DNA from: Rhodobacteraceae bacterium PARR1
GTDB lineage: Bacteria > Pseudomonadota > Alphaproteobacteria > Rhodobacterales > Rhodobacteraceae
DNA: 64,000 nucleotides
Reading direction: 5' to 3'
NCBI GenBank assembly: GCA_002256185.1
Contig: NKIT01000001.1
Span: 16,207 to 80,206 of the forward strand
Made by a program: the position numbers and the translations under genes. Position 1 is the first letter of the stretch. Each line of letters opens with the position of its first letter. Shown here piece by piece: positions 38,833 to 48,636 of the stretch. The notes beneath the pieces were generated by a model. The model did not search any database, was not told where the DNA came from, and saw only the letters and a program-made list of their open reading frames with translations.

Positions 38833-40202
38833 CCGCGCCCCGAAAGACCCCGCGCCATATCGCCGTCATCGACATCGGCAAGACCAACGCAAAACTCGCG
38901 CTGGTCGATCTGGCCGCGCGCACGGAAATCGCCGTGACCACACGGCCAAACACCGTGCTGGCAGGCCCGCCCTATCCGCATTTTGACACGGATGGCCATT
39001 GGGAATTCCTGCTGGACGCCTTGGCGCGGTTTCAGGCAGAGTTTGGCATCGACGCCATTTCCATCACGACGCATGGTGCCAGTGGCACACTGTTGGCGGC
39101 GGATGGATCGCTGGCCGCCCCCGTGATCGACTATGAACACGAAGGGCCAGAGACTGTCGCCGCAGAATATGACGCCCTGCGCCCGCCGTTTGCCGAGACT
39201 GGATCGCCCCGCCTGCCTGCCGGCCAAAACGTCGGCGCACAAATCCATTGGCAGTTCCATATTGACCCCACGCTGTCGGATCGGGTGGCCTATCTGGTGA
39301 CCTATCCGCAATATTGGGGGCATCGCCTGACAGGGCGGGTTGCGACGGATGTGACTTCTATCGGCTGTCACACCGATCTGTGGAATCCGTGGACCGGGCA
39401 GCCCTCCTCCTTGGTCGCGAAGCTGGGACTGACGGGCAAGATCGCGCCCACGCTGAAATCGGGCGATATCCTTGGCCCGATTTTGCCCGAGATTGCCGCG
39501 CGTTGTGGGCTGGACCCTGCCACCCCGGTCACCTGCGGCATCCATGACAGCAACGCCTCGCTCCTGCCGCATCTGATTGACCGGACCGGGGCGTTTTCGG
39601 TCGTCTCCACTGGCACATGGGTGGTGATGCTGGCGGTGGGCGGTGACGCGGTCACGCTGGACCCAGACCGCGACACGCTGGTGAATGTGAATGCCTTTGG
39701 CCAACCCACGCCCTCCGCCCGCTTTATGGGCGGGCGGGAGTATGAGTTGATCCGCCAAGGCCGCGCCCCCATCGCCACCCTGACGGATGAACGCTTTGTG
39801 CTGGAGTCGGGCACGATGATGCTGCCATCCGTGCAACAGGGCAGCGGCCCCTTCCCGCATCGCGCGATGGGATGGCTTGGCCCCGACCGCAGCGATGCGA
39901 CCGAGGAGGTGGCGCTTGGCTTCTACCTTGCGCTGATGACGGCGGAGTCGCTGGCGATGATTGGCGCGGCGGGTCCGGTGATTGTCGAAGGCCCCTTCGC
40001 GCAGAACCCGTTTTTCCGCCGCATGCTGCGCGCGGCGACCGGGCGGCAGGTGCTGGTGTCGCAAACCCGCACCGGCACAGCGATTGGTGCTGCATTGCTT
40101 TATGCCGACAAGGCCCCCAGCCCACCCCCCATGGCCGAAGAGGCTGATCCCGGCCCCGCCCATGCCGCCTATGCCGCCCAGTGGCGGGCGACGGTGGGTT
40201 AG
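38829..40202 (+). CDS. rhaK: FGGY-family carbohydrate kinase (Rhizobium-type rhamnulokinase/rhamnose kinase)
   Basis: Start [27 protein letters not shown] at 38829, with ATGA overlap onto the rhaM stop. The ORF-track start at 38685 overlaps rhaM and lacks support. Confidence 0.82.
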   Translation: MTAPRKTPRHIAVIDIGKTNAKLALVDLAARTEIAVTTRPNTVLAGPPYPHFDTDGHWEFLLDALARFQAEFGIDAISITTHGASGTLLAADGSLAAPVIDYEHEGPETVAAEYDALRPPFAETGSPRLPAGQNVGAQIHWQFHIDPTLSDRVAYLVTYPQYWGHRLTGRVATDVTSIGCHTDLWNPWTGQPSSLVAKLGLTGKIAPTLKSGDILGPILPEIAARCGLDPATPVTCGIHDSNASLLPHLIDRTGAFSVVSTGTWVVMLAVGGDAVTLDPDRDTLVNVNAFGQPTPSARFMGGREYELIRQGRAPIATLTDERFVLESGTMMLPSVQQGSGPFPHRAMGWLGPDRSDATEEVALGFYLALMTAESLAMIGAAGPVIVEGPFAQNPFFRRMLRAATGRQVLVSQTRTGTAIGAALLYADKAPSPPPMAEEADPGPAHAAYAAQWRATVG

Positions 40203-40963
40203 CCTGCCGCTGCCGACATCAAGGCGTCACTCAGATAACTGTGGCGCATGTAATCGACGAAGTTCTGCTGGAACTGCCGCGTATGGGCATGGGCCAACTG
40301 GTCCGCCCGTTCCACATCGCGCTGACGGATGGCGTCGAGCATGTCGTCATGCTCATCGGTCAGCATCAAGCCACCCTGCCCCTTTTCCAGAAACTCAAAA
40401 TGCAGGTGCAACATGCGTCGGCCCTGATTGAGCAGACGGTCATAGAAGGCCGACAGGTAAGGGTTCCTCCCCGCATGGGCGATGGCCATGTGAAAGGCGC
40501 GGTTGGCCTCGGACATGGCCAGATGGTTGCGGGTTTTCACCGCCGCCACGAAATCACGCTGGCGTTTGGCGATGGTGGCCAGATCGGTTTCCGTCCGCAA
40601 TTCGGCGGCAAGACGGGTGTTCATGCGCTGCGCGATGTCCAAGGCCTCGACGTATTTCGGGAAACTCTGGATGTCGATCGGGGCCACGATGGTCGATCGA
40701 TTGGACAGCGTCACCACCAACTCTTCCCCCGCCAGCCGGATCAACGCCTCGCGCACTGGCGAGCGGGACATGCCAAAACGCTCCGCCAAAGTGGTTTCGT
40801 CCAGCAGCGCGCCGGGGGCCAGCGTCAGCGACAAAATCTCATCGCGCAGGGATTCATAGGCAAATCGCACGCCAAAACCCTTGGCGCGTTTGGGTTCCGC
40901 CTCGTCCGTCGCGGGACTGGCGTGCAAGGGAGCGGAGGGCAAGGCAACGGGCGGCTGCGGCAT
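40199..40963 (-). CDS. GntR-family (FadR/FCD subfamily) transcriptional regulator
   Basis: Start MPQPPVALP at 40963. HTH LAERFGMSRSPVREALIRLAGEELV and a C-terminal all-helical FCD domain. Its stop overlaps the rhaK stop convergently (40199-40202). Confidence 0.85.
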   Translation of the reverse strand: MPQPPVALPSAPLHASPATDEAEPKRAKGFGVRFAYESLRDEILSLTLAPGALLDETTLAERFGMSRSPVREALIRLAGEELVVTLSNRSTIVAPIDIQSFPKYVEALDIAQRMNTRLAAELRTETDLATIAKRQRDFVAAVKTRNHLAMSEANRAFHMAIAHAGRNPYLSAFYDRLLNQGRRMLHLHFEFLEKGQGGLMLTDEHDDMLDAIRQRDVERADQLAHAHTRQFQQNFVDYMRHSYLSDALMSAAAG

Positions 40964-41011
40964 GGCTGTGCTTCCAACTGGGCGAAGATAGCCTAGCAAT
41001 ACCGTCCTTTC

Positions 41012-41059
41012 GTGTCGACACAGGATATTTTCCGTTTGACGTGTCGGCTGCGTGTCGGC
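41012..41059. promoter_or_regulatory. GTGTCG motif triplet, including the perfect palindrome GTGTCGACAC, in the GntR / DHDPS-like divergent region (candidate GntR operator)
   Basis: GTGTCGACAC at 41012-41021. GTGTCGGC at 41041-41048 and 41052-41059. Confidence 0.4.
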
Positions 41060-41120
41060 AAGGTGGCAGCAACGGCCCCCGCCCCTGCGGCGGGCGCGCT
41101 TCCTTTGCACAGGTGATCCC

Positions 41121-42005
41121 ATGCTGAAACTTCAGGGCGTGATGCCCGCCCTTGTGACGCCCTTTGATGCCGCCGGGGCCATCGACTTTACAGCCTTTGG
41201 CCGCCACATGACCGCCCTGCGTGCGGCAGGCGTGTCGGGCTGGGTGCCCTGCGGATCGTCGGGCGAGTATAACCTGATGACCGATGCTGAGCGTGACGCC
41301 GTGTTGGCCTTCGTCAAGGATTTCGCCCTGCCGGGAGAAACTCTGATCGCCGGGACCAACGCGCCCTCTACCGCTGGTGTCATCGCCAACACGGCGCGCG
41401 CCAAGGCGATGGGCTATCACGCGGTCCTTCTGGCCGTGCCGTTTTACACCAAGCCGACACAGGCCGAAATCATCCGCCATTTCAACGCGGTGACAGAGGC
41501 TGCGGATATGGATGTGGTGCTGTATTCTTACCCCGGCAAAGACGGGGTTGAGATCGGGTATGAGGCGCTGGATGCCCTCGCCGACAATCCGCGCATCATT
41601 GGGATCAAGGAATCCTCGGGTGTCATGCAGCGGGCGATTGGCATCTCCACCCGCTATGCGGGGCGGGTGCAACTGGTGTCAGGCTCTGACGATATCGCAT
41701 GGGATTTCATGCAGTGGGGCGCGGACAGTTGGATATGCGGTCCGGCCAACTGCATGGCCAAGCCTGTGTGTGAGATGGACGCTGCCTTCCGGGCGGGTGA
41801 CCATGCGCGCGCCAAGGCGATCATGACGGCGATTTGGCCCGCGATGAACGTGCTGGAGTCGGGCAAGTTCGTGCAGAAGCTGAAATATGGCTGTGAATTG
41901 CAGGGCAATCCGGTGGGCGAGTGCCGCCTGCCCTTTGGCCCGCTGACCGAACCTGAGAAGGCCGAATTCGCCGCCGCGATGCAGGTCGTGGTCGACTGGA
42001 GCTAA
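41121..42005 (+). CDS. Dihydrodipicolinate-synthase-family lyase (candidate delta1-pyrroline-4-hydroxy-2-carboxylate deaminase)
   Basis: Start MLKLQGVMPALVTPFD at 41121. GSSGEY and YSYPG motifs of the DapA/NAL family. Function is inferred from the neighbouring genes. Confidence 0.8.
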   Translation: MLKLQGVMPALVTPFDAAGAIDFTAFGRHMTALRAAGVSGWVPCGSSGEYNLMTDAERDAVLAFVKDFALPGETLIAGTNAPSTAGVIANTARAKAMGYHAVLLAVPFYTKPTQAEIIRHFNAVTEAADMDVVLYSYPGKDGVEIGYEALDALADNPRIIGIKESSGVMQRAIGISTRYAGRVQLVSGSDDIAWDFMQWGADSWICGPANCMAKPVCEMDAAFRAGDHARAKAIMTAIWPAMNVLESGKFVQKLKYGCELQGNPVGECRLPFGPLTEPEKAEFAAAMQVVVDWS

Positions 42006-42030
42006 GGGGGGGGGGCCAGCCCCCCGCACC

Positions 42031-42057
42031 CCCCGGGGTATTTGGGCCAAGATGAGG
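42031..42057. repeat. Copy 2 (inverted) of the dispersed intergenic repeat
   Basis: ccccggggtatttgggccaagatgagg. Its reverse complement aligns with the TTGSCCAAATAYCC...GGGGG core of the copies at 24973 and 63947. It is preceded by a G10 tract (42006-42015). Confidence 0.55.
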
Positions 42058-42083
42058 CGGGCAAAAAGGGCGGGGAGCAGAAC

Positions 42084-43316
42084 ATGACCACAGTCGTCAT
42101 CGGCGCAGGCATCATCGGCACGGCCATCGCGCATGATCTGCAAAAGCGCGGGCGGCAAGTGGTGCTCTTGGACCGCGATGCACCGGGACGGGGGGCGTCT
42201 TTCGGCAACATGGCCTCGATTGCCGTGACCGAATTCATGCCCGCCTCGCGCCCCGCGATCTGGCGGCAGATCCCCGGCTGGATGCTGGACCCCGAAGGCC
42301 CGGTGCGGGTGCGCCCGTCCTATATGCCCAAGCTGGTGCCGTGGTTTTTTCGCTTCATCGCGGCCTCGCGCCCCGCCAAGCTGCGCGCGTTGGAGGCGCA
42401 GGGCGCGGCGCTTTGTGCGCGGTCCTTGGGTGACACGCTGGACCTGCTGCGTGAGACAGGGCTTTCGGATCAGATCAGCGATGAAGGCTGTCTTTCGCTT
42501 TACACCGATGAGGCAGAGTTCAAAGCCGACCGCGACCATATCGAAATCCTTGAACGCTTCGGGTTCGCGCATGAGGTGATCGGTCGCCAAGCCATCCGCG
42601 CTTTGGAGCCGGAACTGTCCGACAAGATCGGCCTTGCGGTGCTGTTTCCGAACAATCGGTCGATGAAAGACCCCTACCGGCTGGTGCTGGCCTTGGCCGA
42701 CCGTTTCACTGCCCTTGGCGGGCGGATCGAACGCGGCGAGGTGGTGGGGTTTCAGCGCAATGACCGCATCCGCGAGGTCGTGCTGAAAGACGGTCGCCAT
42801 CTGGCGGCGGATGAGGTGGTGATCTGCGCCGGGGCCTTTAGCGCCACACTCGCCAAGGATTTGGGCGAGCCGATCCCGCTGGAGACCGAGCGCGGCTATC
42901 ACACGCAAATCATGGCCCCCGGCCTGTCGATGAAACATTCGATCATCTGGCCCGCCCGCGCCTTTATGGTCACCCCCACCGCAGGCGGCATCCGCGTCGG
43001 CGGCACGGTTGAGATGGCGGGTCTGAACGCCGCCCCCGATTACCGCCGCAGCAAAGTGACGGTCAAGCGCGCCAAGGAAGCCCTGCCCAACTTGCAGGTT
43101 GAAGAGGCCAGCGAATGGATGGGCCACCGGCCCGCCCTGCCCGATACGGTGCCGATCCTGTCGGCTTCTGCCCGCACGAAGGGGGTTTTCTATGCCACCG
43201 GACACGGCCATCTTGGCCTGACCTATGCCGCCACCACGGCGCGGCTGATGGGGGAGTTGATCACCGGGGAAAAGCCCTCGCTTGACCTGCACCCCTACCG
43301 CATCGACCGTTTCTGA
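42084..43316 (+). CDS. FAD-dependent oxidoreductase, DadA-like (candidate D-hydroxyproline dehydrogenase)
   Basis: Start MTTVVIGAGIIGTAIAHDL at 42084. C-terminal ATGHGHLGLT motif of the DAO family. Confidence 0.82.
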   Translation: MTTVVIGAGIIGTAIAHDLQKRGRQVVLLDRDAPGRGASFGNMASIAVTEFMPASRPAIWRQIPGWMLDPEGPVRVRPSYMPKLVPWFFRFIAASRPAKLRALEAQGAALCARSLGDTLDLLRETGLSDQISDEGCLSLYTDEAEFKADRDHIEILERFGFAHEVIGRQAIRALEPELSDKIGLAVLFPNNRSMKDPYRLVLALADRFTALGGRIERGEVVGFQRNDRIREVVLKDGRHLAADEVVICAGAFSATLAKDLGEPIPLETERGYHTQIMAPGLSMKHSIIWPARAFMVTPTAGGIRVGGTVEMAGLNAAPDYRRSKVTVKRAKEALPNLQVEEASEWMGHRPALPDTVPILSASARTKGVFYATGHGHLGLTYAATTARLMGELITGEKPSLDLHPYRIDRF

Positions 43317-43326
43317 AAGGACCGCC

Positions 43327-44343
43327 ATGCGCTTTGCCCGCACCCTGCAAACCGTCGATGTCCATTGCGCGGGCGAGATTGGGCGCGTGATCACCGGGGG
43401 CGTCTTGAACATCCCCGGTGCGACGATGGCCGAGAAACTGCTGCACCTGAACACGGTGGATGACAGCTTGCGCCGTTGGCTGTGTTCGGAACCGCGCTCT
43501 GGCCCTGCCGGGTCGTTCTGCCTGCTGCTGCCGGCCTGTGATCCGGCGGCGGATGTGGGCTTGATCGTGCTGCAACCCGATCAGGCGCATGCGATGTCAG
43601 GCTCAAACGCCATGTGCGCGACGACGGCGCTGCTGGAAACCGGGATGATCCCGATGGTGGAACCCCTCAGCGTGGTGACATTCGACACCGCCGCCGGGTT
43701 GGTGAAGGCCACGGCCACCTGTCAGGGCGGCAAGGTGGTCAAGGTCACGCTGGACATGCCGCCGTCTTTCGTCACGCGTCAGGATGCGGTGATCGAGACG
43801 GCGGACTGGGGGGCGCTGCGCTACGATCTGTGCTTTGGCGGGGTGTTCTATGCACTGGTCGATGTCGATCAGATCGGCCTGACGATCACGCCAGAGAACG
43901 CGCGGGCCTTGGCGATGACCGGGGTGGACCTTCGCAACCGCATCGCGGCGGTGGAGCCTGCTTTGCACCCCACGACGCCCGCGCTGCACGGTCTGGCCTA
44001 TGTCATGTTCCGTGCGCGCGAAGCGGATGGGTCTTTGCGCACTTGCACCACCTTGCGTCCCGGTCGGGTGGATCGTTCGCCCTGTGGGACGGGGTCGAAT
44101 TCCAACATGGCCTCGGCCCATGCGCGGGGAAAGGTCAGGCCGGGGGATGTGGTGACGTCCCGGTCGATCATCGGAGGGGAGTTTGTGACCGAGTTTGTCG
44201 CGGAAACCACCGTCGGCCCTTATCCGGCCACGCAAAACCGCATCTCAGGGCAGGCGTGGATTTACGGGATCAGTCAGATTGGATTGGACCCGAGCGACCC
44301 GTTCCCATTGGGGTTCACGCTGTCGGATACTTGGGGAAGTTGA
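43327..44343 (+). CDS. Proline racemase-superfamily enzyme (4-hydroxyproline 2-epimerase-like; Ser/Cys active-site pair)
   Basis: Start MRFARTLQTVDVHCAGEIGRVITGG at 43327. DRSPCGTGSNSNMA is present (second catalytic Cys). The first motif reads AMSGS instead of MCGH. Confidence 0.85.
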   Translation: MRFARTLQTVDVHCAGEIGRVITGGVLNIPGATMAEKLLHLNTVDDSLRRWLCSEPRSGPAGSFCLLLPACDPAADVGLIVLQPDQAHAMSGSNAMCATTALLETGMIPMVEPLSVVTFDTAAGLVKATATCQGGKVVKVTLDMPPSFVTRQDAVIETADWGALRYDLCFGGVFYALVDVDQIGLTITPENARALAMTGVDLRNRIAAVEPALHPTTPALHGLAYVMFRAREADGSLRTCTTLRPGRVDRSPCGTGSNSNMASAHARGKVRPGDVVTSRSIIGGEFVTEFVAETTVGPYPATQNRISGQAWIYGISQIGLDPSDPFPLGFTLSDTWGS

Positions 44344-44355
44344 GGGGGGGGGAAG

Positions 44356-45111
44356 GTGATGCCGGTGCTTCAAAGCCAGACCATCTTGGTGACCGGGGCA
44401 ACCGGGGCGATCGGGCGGGCGATCTGCCTTGCCTTGGCGCAGGACGGGGCACGGGTGCTGATCCATTTCAGCCGCAACCGCGCGGCGGCGGAGGGTCTCT
44501 TGGCCGATATCAACGGCAAAGGCGCAATCCTCTGCGCCGATCTGTCAGACCCCGCAGCACCAGAACAGCTTTGGGCCGATACCATGGCCCATGGTCCGGT
44601 CACTGGCCTTGTCAACAACGCAGGCATCCGGTCGGAAGTCTCTATCGACGCCGCCATGCCCGATTGGCAATCCGTCTGGGAACGGGAGTTTCGGGTGAAT
44701 GTCTTGGCCGCCGCAGATCTGACCAAATGCGCGATCCAAACCTTTCGCGGGCAAGGCGGCGGGCGGATCGTCAACATGGCCAGCCGGGCGGGGCAGCGGG
44801 GCTATACCTCAAGCTCAATGGCTTATGGGGCATCGAAAGCCGCCCTCATCAACCTGACCAAATCCGTCGCGCAATCGCATGGGGCCGAAGGGATCACCGC
44901 CATCGCCCTCGCCCCCGGTTGGGTGCGGACGGAAATGGCGGATAGCTACATCGCCCAGCACGGTGAGGCGGCGGCACTGGCGGGCATCCCTATCGGACGG
45001 ATGGCAAGCCCGCAGGAGATCGGGGAATTGACCGCCTTTCTGTTTCGTCCGACACAGGTGTCGATGAACGGGGCGGTTCTGGATGTGAACGGCGGCAGCT
45101 ATCTGCGCTAA
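44356..45111 (+). CDS. SDR-family oxidoreductase
   Basis: 251 aa. VTGATGAIGRAI, NNAG, and YGASKAAL catalytic motif. The start is GTG 44356 or ATG 44359. Confidence 0.88.
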   Translation: MMPVLQSQTILVTGATGAIGRAICLALAQDGARVLIHFSRNRAAAEGLLADINGKGAILCADLSDPAAPEQLWADTMAHGPVTGLVNNAGIRSEVSIDAAMPDWQSVWEREFRVNVLAAADLTKCAIQTFRGQGGGRIVNMASRAGQRGYTSSSMAYGASKAALINLTKSVAQSHGAEGITAIALAPGWVRTEMADSYIAQHGEAAALAGIPIGRMASPQEIGELTAFLFRPTQVSMNGAVLDVNGGSYLR

Positions 45112-45115
45112 GGGG

Positions 45116-45874
45116 GTGACCATGCGTTTCCAAGACAAAACAGTGATCGTGACAGGCGGCGCAGGCGGCATCGGGGCGGCGATTGCCACCCGCTTTGCGT
45201 CCGAAGGCGCGCAGGTGATCGTCACCGACATGCTGGCCGAAGGGGCAGAGGCCGTGGCCGACGCCATCCGCGCCACAGGGGGCCGCGCCCGCGCCTTTGC
45301 CGCCGATATCTCCACCGCCGACGGGTGTCAGTCCATCGTTGCCAATACGATGGCGACAGAGGGGCGGATTGATGTCTTGTGCAACAACGCCGGGCTGATG
45401 CGGCGCGGAAACATCCTGTCGATCACGGCAGATGATTGGCGCCTGTCCTTTGCCGTCAACATCGACGCGATGTTCCATACCTGCGCCGCAGCACTGCCCC
45501 ACATGATCGCGGCGGGGGGTGGGGCGATTGTCAACACCGCCTCGCAATGGGGGCTGCATCCGGCACCCAACCACATCGCCTATAACGTCACCAAAGCGGC
45601 GGTGGCGAGCTTTACCCAAAACCTTGGCCGCGATTACGCCCCGCACAAGATCCGCGTCAACGCGGTCTGCCCGGGCGAGATTCACACCGCCATGCTGGAA
45701 TCCGGCGTGAAACGGTCGGGCCGCACCATGGCCGATCTGGACAAACTGGTGCCCTATGGCCGGGTCGGCAAACCCGAAGAGGTGGCCGCCTTGGTGGCCT
45801 TCCTTGCCAGCGACGAGGCCGCCTTCATGTGCGGATCGCTGGTGGAAATCACCGGGGCGCAGGCGGTGGCCTGA
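45116..45874 (+). CDS. SDR-family oxidoreductase
   Basis: 252 aa. VTGGAGGIGAAI, NNAG, and YNVTKAAV. The start is GTG 45116 or ATG 45122. Confidence 0.88.
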   Translation: MTMRFQDKTVIVTGGAGGIGAAIATRFASEGAQVIVTDMLAEGAEAVADAIRATGGRARAFAADISTADGCQSIVANTMATEGRIDVLCNNAGLMRRGNILSITADDWRLSFAVNIDAMFHTCAAALPHMIAAGGGAIVNTASQWGLHPAPNHIAYNVTKAAVASFTQNLGRDYAPHKIRVNAVCPGEIHTAMLESGVKRSGRTMADLDKLVPYGRVGKPEEVAALVAFLASDEAAFMCGSLVEITGAQAVA

Positions 45875-45896
45875 CCCATCGGCACGGGGGCCGCGA

Positions 45897-46826
45897 TCAC
45901 GCCGCTTGCGATAGATCGGTCGCCTCTGCCTCGAACCTTGCGCGGGCGATGCCGTAGCGCCAGCGTTGGCCCGTGCTTTCGACGCGGCTTTGATAGAACA
46001 GCGTCAGATCGGCCCCATCGACCATGACGGTGGAATGCCCGTTTTCGCCCACACCATCGGGCATCAGCACGGGGCCAAGGCTGCGATACGGCCCCTCTAC
46101 CCGGTCGGCGATGGCAAAGAACACGCGCTGTCGGGTGCCGCGCTGGCCTTCGGGCAGGAAACAGGTGGCGTTCAGCATCACCCGCCCATCGGGCAGTTCC
46201 ACCAGTTGCGGACCCTCAAGCCCCCATTCGTAATCGGCGTGGTCCTTGGCGTTGTGATGGGGGATGTCCTCATGCCCCAAGATACGCCCCATGCGATGCC
46301 AAGGGCCGAACCAAGTGTTGGACAGGCTGCGGGCCAGGAACACCTCGGGCTGCGGAACGCGGTCAAAGGCGGGCATGGCGGAATAGACGATGTATTTCTG
46401 CCCGCCGATCACCGCCGGGTGCGGGTCATAGATGCCATGCTCGTCGGTGCCTTCAAGCGCGGCAAAGGCGGATGGCAGGGCCACCCATGTAAAGCCGTCG
46501 TTCGACACCAGATGTTCGCAGCGCCCGCCTGAGAGCATGAATTCTGTCTGGATATACATGTGGAACACCCCGCCTTCGTGCACCACGCCGGGGGCGGCGA
46601 CACCCGATCCGCTGACCGGCAACAGGATCAGCGGTTCCTGTTGCCAAGGCCCCTCAAGTGCCGGGGCGGTGGCGTGGTAGACCAGCCAAGTTTCCGACGT
46701 CACCGTGCCACCCGATCCGAAAATGTGCCAACGCACACCATCCCAGACCGGGCACGGGTCCTTCACATCATCCAATCCCTGCGGTTGGAACAGCGGAAAG
46801 CGGTTTTCGGCGACTGTCAGTCTCAT
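45897..46826 (-). CDS. Five-bladed beta-propeller glycoside-hydrolase-like protein (GH43/GH32-superfamily-like)
   Basis: Start MRLTVAENRF at 46826. Repeated blade-like motifs VKDPCPVWDG, GVAAPGVVHEGG, GIYDPHPAV and LEGPQLVELPDG. No signal peptide is evident. The family call is tentative. Confidence 0.5.
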   Translation of the reverse strand: MRLTVAENRFPLFQPQGLDDVKDPCPVWDGVRWHIFGSGGTVTSETWLVYHATAPALEGPWQQEPLILLPVSGSGVAAPGVVHEGGVFHMYIQTEFMLSGGRCEHLVSNDGFTWVALPSAFAALEGTDEHGIYDPHPAVIGGQKYIVYSAMPAFDRVPQPEVFLARSLSNTWFGPWHRMGRILGHEDIPHHNAKDHADYEWGLEGPQLVELPDGRVMLNATCFLPEGQRGTRQRVFFAIADRVEGPYRSLGPVLMPDGVGENGHSTVMVDGADLTLFYQSRVESTGQRWRYGIARARFEAEATDLSQAA

Positions 46827-46977
46827 GGCGCTGCCCCCCGGAATACCCGGCCCTTGGATGTGCGACGTGCTCTGCGCCGCTCGGCAGTTGTCGCACAACC
46901 CAAGCGTGAGTCTCAATGCTCCCAAGGGATGGGACGGGGCATCTTTCCGCAGGGGTGACCGCAAAGACGCACGCCGG

Positions 46978-48531
46978 CTAGTCCACGGTGAAATGCAACG
47001 TCACGTGCAACCCGCCGACGCTGTCGCGCACCAGATTTCCGCCGATCTGATCGACCAAGGCATCAATGATGGCGCTGCCAGACCGGCGCGAGACGCTGCG
47101 CCCCAACCCGATGCCATCATCGCGGATGTCCAGACGCACGCCGCCCGCCTCGCGTTGCAAGCGCAGATGGATCACACCGCCTTTGCCCACCGGAAATGCA
47201 TGTTTGACAGCGTTTGTCATCAGTTCTGCCGCAATGACCGCCAGCGGCGTGATCCGGTCTGGGCCAAGCAGGATGCCGGGCTGAAGGTCGGTCTTGACGG
47301 TGATGCCGCTTTCCTGCGGCACCACGGCCGGGCTTGCGGCGATGTCGGCCAGCATGGCGGCGAAATCGACATGCACCGCATCCTTGGACTGATACATCAG
47401 ATCGTGCACATGGCTGATCGCACCGATCCGGGCCTTGAGCGCATCGGCATCCAGACCCTTGTCGCCGCGCACCTGCAGGTTGATCAATGACACCACCAAG
47501 GCCAGGTTGTTCTTCACGCGATGGTTGGTTTCGCGCATCAGATGGATGCGCTGATCGGCCAGACGTTCCGCAGCCTCGGCCCGTTCGCGGATTTTCTCGC
47601 GCGCGAAACGGTCTTCCAGCGCGCGTCCGATGCGGTGCACCGTGGCCCACAAAAACACCCCCATCAACGCAAACAGCGCCAGAACCGGCGCGCCCTGACG
47701 GGCAAAGTCGCGCCAGACCAGCGCCTTTGGCACACCGAAATTGGCAAAGACCGGCAAACCACGGCCCCAGCGAAACCCGTAGATGCGGGTCACACCATCC
47801 GTGACTGCCGTTGTCTGGAAAGCACCAAATTCACTGCGCTGCGGCAGAATGCGGCCCGCCGCGGTTTCGGGCAGCATCGTCGGGGGGGCATCAAAGTTCC
47901 GCATCAACAGCATGCCGTCCTTTCGCGCCAGCGAAGCTGCCTCACCCTGACCGTCACGCACGGCGATGTCTTGCAGGAAACCTTGCAGCACCTTGGTGTC
48001 CACGATCGACAGGGCGATGGCCCGGCCCAGCGGGATCGTGATCGGCGATGAGATCAGGATCACATCCTGCGTGTCAGACACCTCGCGCCCGATCCACATC
48101 GCCTCACCCGAGGCCAGCGCGACACGGTGCTCGGACGGCAGCGCGCTTTCGATCACACCCGCCCGGGTCTCTATCCGGCTGTCAGACAGCACAATGCCCG
48201 CGAGTGACAGCACCTGTGTCCGGATAAGCGACGGTTGGGCCGCGACGAGGGCCGCCAGAAAACTCTGGCATTCGGACGAGGCGACAAATTCCGCAGGCTC
48301 GGTCGCAAAGCGGGCGGCGATGGCCCGATGCAGAACAAGCTGGGTTTCGATCTGGCTTTCGACATGCTGCGCGATCAGTTGCGATTGCAACAGAACATGT
48401 TGCCGTGTGGCATCCAGCGCGTCGCGATACAAAAGCCCCCCCCAGATCAGCGAAGCGATCAGGGGAAAGACGAAACTGCCAACGCGCAGAATCCGCAGCG
48501 CCTTGGACACGGTGACGCCCGTTGCTTTCAT
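46978..48531 (-). CDS. Sensor histidine kinase, HisKA_2/HWE type, with a periplasmic sensor domain
   Basis: 517 aa with two TM helices flanking a domain of about 250 aa. H-box ETNHRVKNNLALVVSLINLQ. HATPase region ELMTNAVKHAF, and IRDDGIG. Confidence 0.88.
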   Translation of the reverse strand: MKATGVTVSKALRILRVGSFVFPLIASLIWGGLLYRDALDATRQHVLLQSQLIAQHVESQIETQLVLHRAIAARFATEPAEFVASSECQSFLAALVAAQPSLIRTQVLSLAGIVLSDSRIETRAGVIESALPSEHRVALASGEAMWIGREVSDTQDVILISSPITIPLGRAIALSIVDTKVLQGFLQDIAVRDGQGEAASLARKDGMLLMRNFDAPPTMLPETAAGRILPQRSEFGAFQTTAVTDGVTRIYGFRWGRGLPVFANFGVPKALVWRDFARQGAPVLALFALMGVFLWATVHRIGRALEDRFAREKIRERAEAAERLADQRIHLMRETNHRVKNNLALVVSLINLQVRGDKGLDADALKARIGAISHVHDLMYQSKDAVHVDFAAMLADIAASPAVVPQESGITVKTDLQPGILLGPDRITPLAVIAAELMTNAVKHAFPVGKGGVIHLRLQREAGGVRLDIRDDGIGLGRSVSRRSGSAIIDALVDQIGGNLVRDSVGGLHVTLHFTVD

Positions 48532-48636
48532 GGACTATCCGACGTTGATGCAAAGAGACTGTCACAATATGTCATCAGCATCTGTTGATCATGCTGAAAA
48601 GCAAGCAAAATCTATAGGGTGGTCCGACCCGCAGGA

